From IMG/VR virus record IMGVR_UViG_3300012322_000001: 41,092 bases of DNA; one strand, 5' to 3'. Of the stretch, positions 8,034 through 14,108 are shown piece by piece. This DNA comes from a virus. How positions within the stretch are numbered: position 1 is the first letter of the stretch; every line of letters begins with the position of its first letter. Position numbers and translations under genes: made by a program. The notes below the pieces were generated by a model. It was not told the DNA's origin, did not search any database, and saw only the letters and a list, made by a program, of their open reading frames with translations.

Positions 8034-8291
8034 TCATTTCTCCTGTGCACATGTATGGAATCCGTCTTGCCAGACAGGGGTGAGGCCCTCGCAGGCCCGG
8101 GCCGCGGCGCGCGCAATGCGCTGCTCCTGCGCCGTGGGCTGGGTCTCCTGTGCGCCGGCCTGGCTGCAGCCGCTCAGGGCCAGCAGAAGCAGCACGACAA
8201 GAGCGGCGAGGCCCAGAAGCAGCGAAGCCCGCTTTTTGAGGGCGGGCTTCTTGCGGCGGGGCAGGCGTTGGATGCGGATGGAAGGTCTCAT
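8034..8291 (-). CDS. Lipoprotein, 85 aa (very basic n-region, lipobox LALSGC)
   Basis: MRPSIRIQRLPRRKKPALKKRASLLLGLAALVVLLLLALSG|C is a signal peptidase II-type signal. ATGA overlap with the upstream gene. Confidence 0.65.
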   Translation of the reverse strand: MRPSIRIQRLPRRKKPALKKRASLLLGLAALVVLLLLALSGCSQAGAQETQPTAQEQRIARAAARACEGLTPVWQDGFHTCAQEK

Positions 8292-8602
8292 GGGGACTCC
8301 TGTGGAGCTAGCGCGGCTGCAATCTCCATTGACGCCTGTAAGCCTTCATTCGAGATCTGCTCACACGCTTCGAGCATCATTTGCTCATCGCCTTGAGCCC
8401 CGTTTTCTGCCTCTGCCTTCATGCTGTTGATCGCGCGCCCTGCATCATCCAAAGCGCTCTGGAGGGCCATGATCTTCGCGTCCTGGAGGCGGAGAGCAGA
8501 GACCGCATCAGCGGCCCACAGGTGCAGCACATCGGCCGGCATAGAGGCGCGGTACTCGCGCGCCAAGCTTCCGGGGGATGCGTGTTTCTTTGCTTGCTTC
8601 AT
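8288..8602 (-). CDS. Hypothetical protein, 104 aa
   Basis: Track ORF 8288-8686 trimmed to MKQAKKHASPG, with GAGGA upstream. Confidence 0.65.
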   Translation of the reverse strand: MKQAKKHASPGSLAREYRASMPADVLHLWAADAVSALRLQDAKIMALQSALDDAGRAINSMKAEAENGAQGDEQMMLEACEQISNEGLQASMEIAAALAPQESP

Positions 8603-8609
8603 GTCGTCC

Positions 8610-8843
8610 TCAAATGGCGTCAGCGCTGAACTCCAGCGCCTGGATTTTCTGTATTGCGTTCTTGGCATGCTTCTGCACCCAATCAACGTTGACCCACACG
8701 CCAGAGCAGGCCAGTTCTATCTGGCCTAGCGCCTGGACAAGGGTTTGCTGTGTTACTTTCAGCTTTGCAATCTCTTCCTGCTGCTGCAGGATCAGCGCCT
8801 CGGCAATTGCGGGGTGCGCGGCGGCTTTTGCTGCGTCAAGCAT
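8610..8843 (-). CDS. Hypothetical coiled-coil protein, 77 aa
   Basis: Track ORF. It overlaps the upstream gene by 8 nt. Confidence 0.6.
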   Translation of the reverse strand: MLDAAKAAAHPAIAEALILQQQEEIAKLKVTQQTLVQALGQIELACSGVWVNVDWVQKHAKNAIQKIQALEFSADAI

Positions 8844-9129
8844 TACGGGCCTCCGCGATGTTTCGGCGCGCGCACTGGTATGCGTACTTGCTCAGCCACT
8901 TCTCAATGGCCTCGCCCTGGGCCGTGTAGTCCTTCAGTTCGGCGATGACCTTTGCCAGCGCGAAGGGGATCTCCTTCATCGCTTCGATCACGAACTCAGG
9001 CGCGTAATCAGGCCCGTAGTGGATCTGCACGTATGCTTCCAAGAACGAGTCCTCGGCGTCGTACTCGCCCTGCTGCTGGGCCAGAGCATCAGCGTCTCGG
9101 CTGGCGAGGCATGGGGGGCGGGCGTTCAT
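8836..9129 (-). CDS. Hypothetical acidic protein, 97 aa
   Basis: Track ORF 8836-9159 trimmed to MNARPPCLAS. ATGA overlap at 9126-9129. Confidence 0.65.
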   Translation of the reverse strand: MNARPPCLASRDADALAQQQGEYDAEDSFLEAYVQIHYGPDYAPEFVIEAMKEIPFALAKVIAELKDYTAQGEAIEKWLSKYAYQCARRNIAEARNA

Positions 9130-9407
9130 GCTGGCTCCTTCGCGGGTTTGTCTGCCCACGAGAACGTCTCGTCTTGCCCATCCGAATCACGCAGGGGAAT
9201 TAGGTTGAAGTCCGGGAGCGCAATCCGCTGCTGTCGCTTTGTGGGTGTCAGCCACATCGGACTGCCTTTCGATTCGATCAGCCAGCACTGTCCCAGGTAC
9301 TCCCAGCCTCCGCTGTTGTCGTATGGGCTAATGACTTCCACGATCATTCCGTTGTCCACTGGCAGACCGTTGGTGATCGCCAAATCTCCAGGCTTGCAGT
9401 TCGCCAT
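9126..9407 (-). CDS. Hypothetical protein, 93 aa
   Basis: Track ORF 9126-9860 trimmed to MANCKPGDLAI, which is preceded by a strong AAGGAGG. The upstream in-frame part is Arg-rich, has background third-position GC, and contains a terminator hairpin. Confidence 0.7.
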   Translation of the reverse strand: MANCKPGDLAITNGLPVDNGMIVEVISPYDNSGGWEYLGQCWLIESKGSPMWLTPTKRQQRIALPDFNLIPLRDSDGQDETFSWADKPAKEPA

Positions 9408-9437
9408 GAGAAGCCTCCTTGCGGCCCGCAGGCCATG

Positions 9438-9462
9438 AAAAAAGGCCCTGCATTGCAGAGCC
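9438..9462 (-). terminator. Intrinsic terminator (minus strand)
   Basis: Minus-strand GGCUCUGC-AAU-GCAGGGCC (8 bp including one G-U pair) followed by U6. It lies about 20 nt upstream of the AAGGAGG of gene 9407. Confidence 0.65.
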
Positions 9463-9688
9463 TGGGTTTGAAGAGCCGCGTGGTGCGCGCCACGTCGCTT
9501 GCGATCAATCCGACGCGCGCGGCTGAAAAGAGAGCCGTGTTCGCGCTTCAATCCCAGCATCCGACTTGCTGGGCGGTGGGAAGCGCGCGGCTGGAAAACC
9601 ATCACAACTGCAACCGGCAGAGCTGCAGCACTATCCCGAGGGACCCAGTTGCAGATGTGATGGGCCCTGGGCTTGCCAGGGCGGGGGA

Positions 9689-10042
9689 TCAGGGGTTCGT
9701 GGAGAACGATGTTGGGCTGTCCATGCTGTTCCTCATGGTCAGCGTTGCGCGATTCACGGAGACCGTCGCGTTGCGCCAGACGCCTTCGATAATTCGGCGC
9801 ACGGCATCGGGAGACAGCTTCCACATGTAGTAGTCGTCGCTGCTCGCCAAAACAGTCCACCAGCCGCTGTTCGTTCTGCTGTTCGTGAAACCAGCAGCTC
9901 GCTCATCGGTTTTCTCGAAACCGACGTACTTGAAGCCCACAGGCCAGCCTCCGTTGTCATCGATGTGCTGGAAGAACTTTCCGTCGTCGCGGGCCCACGC
10001 AAAGCTATGCATGAGGCCTTTCACCATCTTCCTATCGTTCAT
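9689..10042 (-). CDS. Hypothetical protein, 117 aa
   Basis: Track ORF. AAGGAG lies 7 nt upstream of the ATG. Confidence 0.65.
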   Translation of the reverse strand: MNDRKMVKGLMHSFAWARDDGKFFQHIDDNGGWPVGFKYVGFEKTDERAAGFTNSRTNSGWWTVLASSDDYYMWKLSPDAVRRIIEGVWRNATVSVNRATLTMRNSMDSPTSFSTNP

Positions 10043-10087
10043 CTCTCATCTCCTTGGTGTGCCCCGGCTACGAGCCGGGGGAGGGGG

Positions 10088-10324
10088 TCAAGCTTGCTCG
10101 GGGTACTGAGCGAGCAAGTCTTCGAGCGTTGGAGCCTTCTCTCCCGGGTCGTAGCAACCTTGCAGTCCGCGCCAGATGCGCACCAGCAGCTCTTCATCGA
10201 CCTCGGCGCACTGGAACGCATCAAGGCCCTTCATTACGAACTCAACGAACGTCGAGTGATCCAGCTGCGTCATTTCCTCTGCCAGCTGCTCGGCATCGAA
10301 GCCGATGTTCAACCTCAGTTCCAT
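10088..10324 (-). CDS. Highly acidic early protein, 78 aa (first gene of the leftward operon)
   Basis: Track ORF 10088-10354 trimmed to MELRLNIGFDAEQ, with AGGAGA upstream. By hand count it has 17 Asp/Glu against 5 Arg/Lys. Confidence 0.7.
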   Translation of the reverse strand: MELRLNIGFDAEQLAEEMTQLDHSTFVEFVMKGLDAFQCAEVDEELLVRIWRGLQGCYDPGEKAPTLEDLLAQYPEQA

Positions 10325-10338
10325 GCTTCTCTCCTGTG

Positions 10339-10371
10339 AAAAAACAAAGCGCACTCGGCGAATGCGCTTTG
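10339..10371 (-). terminator. Intrinsic terminator (minus strand; the hairpin is also flanked by a T-run on the plus strand)
   Basis: 9-bp stem CAAAGCGCA/TGCGCTTTG with a 9-nt loop and U6 on the minus strand. It ends about 4 nt before the SD of gene 10324. Confidence 0.75.
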
Positions 10372-10549
10372 TTTTGCCCAGATGTCGCTCTGGGCCGCGC
10401 CGGTTTCCCGGTCATGCTGTGGCTTCACTGATTGCGTTAGGGGTTCGCCACTCCCGAAGTACCCCGTGCGCGCTCTGTGCGCTGCCTTTGCCCGGGTAAC
10501 TCGCCTGTCGGCAACAGGCCGCGAGACTGCGCGGCCAGGTGGTGGCCTA

Positions 10550-10870
10550 CTACATCGGCCTGACGTCGTGCTTCATGTTCTCTCCTTCGCAGCGCGGGGC
10601 TGCCTGGTTGTCACCGGGAACCCGTCCCGGCGGCGACTGCGCTTTTAGCTCTCGCTGGGTGCAGTACCCAGCGCGCATGCATTTCTGCAATCCGTGACTC
10701 AAGCTGTTTGAAGGCTTGTGCGGCCTTACCGAGTTGCTCCATCGTCCGTGCCCATGCACGCGATCCCCGGACTCGTATCCGCTCCACACCGGCTCACCCG
10801 GCACCTGCGCTGATCGATAGCCCTTGGAACAGTCAGCGCCCGGCCGATCCCGTGACACCCGCCGCCGCAA
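10550..10870 (-). CDS. Questionable ORF: candidate N-like Arg-rich antiterminator (106 codons, TTG start)
   Basis: It is the first ORF after the putative PL. GGAG lies 5 nt before the TTG. The N-terminus is MRRRVSRDR and the composition is disordered (G/P/S/R-rich). Third-position GC is about 70 percent, only slightly above background. It could equally be non-coding. Confidence 0.25.
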   Translation of the reverse strand: MRRRVSRDRPGADCSKGYRSAQVPGEPVWSGYESGDRVHGHGRWSNSVRPHKPSNSLSHGLQKCMRAGYCTQRELKAQSPPGRVPGDNQAAPRCEGENMKHDVRPM

Positions 10871-10972
10871 CCCCGCTCCAGGGCACTGCCCCTAACCCCG
10901 CCTCTGCATCGTTCAGCTACGGCCCGTATCGCTTGGCCTGGGGTGTTTCGCGTTTGTTGCTGCGATGGGTGT

Positions 10973-11031
10973 ATTGAACTATAGTTTTCGCATGCCGTCA
11001 ACTATAGTTTCTTGAAGAGTGAACAAAAGTT
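10973..11031 (-). promoter_or_regulatory. Leftward early promoter with operator set OL (three AACTATAGTT-type sites)
   Basis: Perfect 10-bp palindrome AACTATAGTT at 10977-10986 and 11000-11009, plus an 8/10 copy at 11022-11031. Spacing is 23 and 22 bp. On the minus strand, TTGACG (10996-11001), 17 nt, TTCAAT (10973-10978) overlap the sites. Confidence 0.65.
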
Positions 11032-11043
11032 ATCGCAGGGACG

Positions 11044-11067
11044 AAAAAAAGCCCGCTCAAGGCGGGC
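11044..11067 (-). terminator. Intrinsic terminator ending the cI operon (minus strand)
   Basis: Minus-strand GCCCGC-CUUGA-GCGGGC followed by U7, preceded by a second hairpin GGCTG..CAGCC at about 11082-11105. The same 22-nt hairpin plus T-run recurs at 37945-37966 on the plus strand. Confidence 0.75.
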
Positions 11068-11107
11068 AGGGGATTTGTGGAGGCTGAGCGCTGCGGCTAG
11101 CAGCCTT

Positions 11108-11410
11108 TCAATGATCTTCGAAGCTGATCAGCTTGGCGCCAAGAACTGAGCCGATGAGAGCGCTAGTGAAGCCGAAGTTGAAGAATTCAAGAACTTCATG
11201 AAGTCCAAACCACGACTCTGGGTACTTGGCCCATCTCCATGAGAGTAGGTCGCCTAGAGATGACATCGTTCCAGACGGAATCCAAATTCCATCTTTCAAA
11301 TATGTGAAAAGCTGCCATCCGAGCAGAAGTACACAAACAACCCAAGAGACGCAGAGGACCAAAACACCAACTCCCCTGACGCCTCTAGCTACGAAGTCAT
11401 CAGAACGCAT
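11108..11410 (-). CDS. Membrane protein, 100 aa, low-GC gene co-transcribed with cI
   Basis: Track ORF. Hydrophobic segments VGVLVLCVSWVVCVLLLGW and FGFTSALIGSVLGA. The gene is visibly AT-richer (about 45-47 percent GC by eye) than the genome. Confidence 0.7.
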   Translation of the reverse strand: MRSDDFVARGVRGVGVLVLCVSWVVCVLLLGWQLFTYLKDGIWIPSGTMSSLGDLLSWRWAKYPESWFGLHEVLEFFNFGFTSALIGSVLGAKLISFEDH

Positions 11411-11412
11411 CC

Positions 11413-11811
11413 TTACATCCTAATCTGTAGGTCGTAAGTAGCGCCTGCATCGTCCTGGCACTCACCGAATCCTTGGCTGTTCGTCGTGGAGAACTGGAAC
11501 TGACAGCGCAGCCCCGATCCATCGGCCGCGCGTGCGATCAAGTTGCCGCCGCCAACGCCAGAGCTAGAGCCGAAGCCAGCAAAGCTCTTGCCCTTGCCAG
11601 CTGTGCCGAACATGGAGCCAACAGAGTCTCCAGAGGCAAATACATACTGCCCTCGGTAGAGCTTGTCGCCCAAGGTGATCTCTACCGAGCTGTCGTTCTC
11701 ATGGGCTACACCCTTACCCGTGACAGGCCCTCCGCGCTGCTGGAGATTCAGTTGGTACGAGCAGCCGGCCAACGCCAGGCAGGCGACAGCTCCAATCACT
11801 ATTTTCCTCAT
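11413..11811 (-). CDS. Lipoprotein, 132 aa, directly downstream of cI
   Basis: Track ORF 11413-11844 trimmed to MRKIVIGAVACLALAG|C (lipobox LAGC). GGAGGAG lies between the cI stop and this ATG. Confidence 0.75.
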   Translation of the reverse strand: MRKIVIGAVACLALAGCSYQLNLQQRGGPVTGKGVAHENDSSVEITLGDKLYRGQYVFASGDSVGSMFGTAGKGKSFAGFGSSSGVGGGNLIARAADGSGLRCQFQFSTTNSQGFGECQDDAGATYDLQIRM

Positions 11812-11822
11812 CGCACTCCTCC

Positions 11823-12527
11823 TTAAAGCTTCTGGCCATTCCAAGCCCAGAGCACACGCCCCAGGACGTTCAATTCCTCGCGCCCATCAAGCACATCCAC
11901 AGTCTTGATGGACGGGTTATCGCTGCTGATCTCAAAGCTCCCGTCGTACTTCTGTCGCACGCGCTTGATGAAAACCCGCCCGTGCCCCTCAAGCACATAT
12001 ACGCCATCAATCGTTGGGTCTTTGATCCCCGTGTCCACCAGGAGCACATCCCCATCGTTGTAGGTTCCTTTCATGGAGTCGCCGTAGCCATGAATGAACC
12101 TCAGCGCCCGCAAGCTGGACGGCCGGATGCGCTGCTGAAGCCAGGAGCGCGAGATTGGCAGGTCGCCTGTGAAGACCTCGCCATCAAGGCCGTCATCGCC
12201 CTGGCCCATAGAGCCTGAGTTCGCCAGCAAAGGAACCATCAGCGTGTCCTCTTCGTTTTGCCGGGATGGCGCAAGCGCTGGCACCTCGATCACCTGGACG
12301 CGGCCCATTGGCCCCTCCCCAAGGGCAAGCCAGTCAGAAGCCACATTCAGTTCACGCGCCGCCACGGCGTTGTTCTCGGCGCTGAAAGTCTTGCTCAGAC
12401 CCTCAACCACCTTTCGCGCTGCTTGATAGGACACGCCAAGACGCTTCGCAAGCTCCTTGGTGTCCATCTTTGCAGCGGTCATTGCCTCGTTCAGGCGCTC
12501 TCTGTAATCAACCATGGTTGTGATCAT
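11823..12527 (-). CDS. cI: cI-type repressor (N-terminal HTH plus C-terminal S24/LexA-like autopeptidase)
   Basis: The HTH is TKELAKRLGVSYQAARKVVEG. The S24 motifs are GDSM (Ser) and FIKRV (Lys). It is divergent from a cro-like gene across operator repeats. The start is ambiguous (ATG at 12527 or 12515) and no SD is visible, so the leader may be short or absent. Confidence 0.85.
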   Translation of the reverse strand: MITTMVDYRERLNEAMTAAKMDTKELAKRLGVSYQAARKVVEGLSKTFSAENNAVAARELNVASDWLALGEGPMGRVQVIEVPALAPSRQNEEDTLMVPLLANSGSMGQGDDGLDGEVFTGDLPISRSWLQQRIRPSSLRALRFIHGYGDSMKGTYNDGDVLLVDTGIKDPTIDGVYVLEGHGRVFIKRVRQKYDGSFEISSDNPSIKTVDVLDGREELNVLGRVLWAWNGQKL

Positions 12528-12542
12528 TGGTTGTTTCAAGAA

Positions 12543-12575
12543 AACTATAGTTTCCTTTGTGCGTGAACTATGGTT
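12543..12575. promoter_or_regulatory. Operator set OR in the cI/cro divergent region
   Basis: AACTATAGTT at 12543-12552 and AACTATGGTT at 12566-12575, 23 bp apart. Both lie between the cI start (12527) and the cro start (12586). Confidence 0.7.
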
Positions 12576-12585
12576 AAATGAACGC

Positions 12586-12801
12586 ATGACGATCCAGAAA
12601 ACCGATGCCATAGCTGTGCTGGGCGGCTCGAAGCGCGATGCTGCTTCGGCCCTCGGCGTGTCCTACCAGGCCATTGACAAGTGGCCGGAGACCTTGAGCA
12701 ACAAGGTCGCTGATCGCGTGCTCGCTGCGTGGGCGCGGAGGAACGTGAAGAACCTCCCTGGGCCGTTCCGCACAGCCAAGCAAAAAACCACCTCCCGCTA
12801 A
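12586..12801 (+). CDS. cro: Cro-like small HTH regulator, 71 aa
   Basis: Track ORF 12514-12801 trimmed to MTIQKTDAIAVLGGSKRDAASALGVSYQAIDKW, an HTH. It is divergent from cI. Confidence 0.75.
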   Translation: MTIQKTDAIAVLGGSKRDAASALGVSYQAIDKWPETLSNKVADRVLAAWARRNVKNLPGPFRTAKQKTTSR

Positions 12802-12828
12802 CCCAACAACAAAGTTCCCGAGCCTCCT

Positions 12829-13080
12829 ATGTCGTACCAAAACCGTGACCTCATCCGCAAACCCCTGTGCCTGCTGCGCGCCAGCAAGGAAGAGCGCGAG
12901 AAGCTGATTGCCTGGGCTGAGATGAAGTCCAACGGTGGTGCTGTGGCCCCGACCTTGCTGGATGCACTCCTGGCCTTGGCAGACAAGGAGCTGATGGAAG
13001 AAGAGCGTCGTCATGCCGCCAATGCTAGGCAGCGCCACGGGCTTGACAGGAACGCTTTTGGCGCCCTGCTGAACGCCTAG
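12829..13080 (+). CDS. Hypothetical protein, 83 aa (possible ribbon-helix-helix)
   Basis: Track ORF. The RASKEEREKLIAWAE...LLDALLALA pattern looks RHH/MobC-like. Its position corresponds to cII in lambdoid phages. Confidence 0.6.
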   Translation: MSYQNRDLIRKPLCLLRASKEEREKLIAWAEMKSNGGAVAPTLLDALLALADKELMEEERRHAANARQRHGLDRNAFGALLNA

Positions 13081-13097
13081 AACACAGGAGACATCCC

Positions 13098-13316
13098 ATG
13101 CAGGACTTGTCTGATCCCCACGATGAACCAATGGCGCTGGACTTCTCCGGCGTTGACCAGAAGCGCATGCGTGCTCTTCAAAAGCTAGCAGACAGGTCCG
13201 GCAAGTCCTTCGAGGACTTCGCCCTGCAGACCCTCCTGGCTGCTGCTGACCACGATGAAAAAAGGTCCAAGCCGAGCACCTTCGCGCGGCTCTTCGGTTT
13301 CCGCGCTGCTCGCTAG
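13098..13316 (+). CDS. Hypothetical protein, 72 aa (possible ribbon-helix-helix)
   Basis: Track ORF. AGGAGA lies upstream of the ATG. Confidence 0.6.
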   Translation: MQDLSDPHDEPMALDFSGVDQKRMRALQKLADRSGKSFEDFALQTLLAAADHDEKRSKPSTFARLFGFRAAR

Positions 13317-13355
13317 TACGGAACTTCGCAGTAACTCAAAACATACGGAGCCGAA

Positions 13356-14108
13356 ATGCGAGATTACGGGAAGGTCCACAGCACGTTCTGGTCGAGCCCC
13401 ACGACCAGCAGCATGACGGACGACGGAAAGGTTCTGGCCCTGTACCTGCTGACGTGTTCTCACAGCACCATCGCAGGGGTTTTCAGGCTACCTGATGGGT
13501 ACGTTTCGGAAGACTTGGGATGGCCTTTGGAAAGGGTTGCCCAAGGGTTCGAGGAACTGTTCGCCAATGGTTTCGCTAACCGTTGCGCAACCACTAAATG
13601 GGTCTGGATTTCCAAGCATTTGGAGTGGAACAAGCCGGAGAACCCAAACCAGCGCAAGTCAGCCGCCAAGATCGCTCTCAGCGTGCCAGACGAATGTGGC
13701 TGGAAGCTAGATTTCATGCGGGTTTGCGGTCCATTGCTTGAGATCGAAGCGCCACAAATTTCTAACCCTTCCGAAACCGTTAGCCAACCCTTTCTTAACC
13801 AGGAACAGAAACAGGAACAGAAGAGTATTGATGCTCCTTCTGCGAAGTCGCCACGTGGCACCGCCTTGGCGGCGGACTGGACCCTTCCTGATGACTGGAA
13901 AACCTGGGCAGAGAAGGAACGCCCGGATCTGGACATGGGAAAGGTTGGGGATTCATTTCGCGATTTCTGGATTGCCAAGCCGGGTAAGGACGGGCGCAAA
14001 GCGGACTGGCACGCGACGTGGCGCAACTGGGTGCGGAACCAACGCCAGGGCTACCAGCACACCCAGGTCAGCGGACGGGCAGACACCGCCCCGAGGAACT
14101 TCGTGTGA
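13356..14108 (+). CDS. Replication initiation protein (O-like N-terminal domain, DnaT-like C-terminal domain)
   Basis: N-terminal FWSSP..MTDDGKVLALYLLTCSHSTIAGVFRLPDGYV and C-terminal FRDFWIAKPGKDGRKADWHATWRNWV are typical of phage replication or primosome-recruiting proteins. An internal lower-GC repeat region is present (see findings). Confidence 0.65.
   Translation: MRDYGKVHSTFWSSPTTSSMTDDGKVLALYLLTCSHSTIAGVFRLPDGYVSEDLGWPLERVAQGFEELFANGFANRCATTKWVWISKHLEWNKPENPNQRKSAAKIALSVPDECGWKLDFMRVCGPLLEIEAPQISNPSETVSQPFLNQEQKQEQKSIDAPSAKSPRGTALAADWTLPDDWKTWAEKERPDLDMGKVGDSFRDFWIAKPGKDGRKADWHATWRNWVRNQRQGYQHTQVSGRADTAPRNFV

Noticed and set aside
952-10431. Many long plus-strand ORFs across the left arm, for example 952-1908, 4136-5122, 5867-6472, 7639-8430, 8578-9438 and 9566-10339.
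   Set aside because: They lie antisense to a continuous chain of minus-strand genes that have good SDs, ATGA coupling and protein-like composition. Their own products are Arg/Ala/Pro/Gly-rich low-complexity strings, typical of shadow ORFs in high-GC DNA.
10561-10587. The 8-codon mini-ORF MKHDVRPM behind a very strong GAAGGAGAG, considered as an attenuation leader peptide.
   Set aside because: It is simply the in-frame end of the 106-codon candidate ORF. No alternative terminator/antiterminator pairing is evident next to it, and the terminator lies about 170 nt further on. It is noted within the leader finding only.
12514-12585. The N-terminal extension of the cro ORF (track start 12514) and the N-terminal extension of cI (track start 12611).
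   Set aside because: The two extensions overlap each other and the operator sites, and they encode hydrophobic or odd sequence. The HTH-containing proteins start naturally at 12586 (cro) and at 12527 or 12515 (cI).
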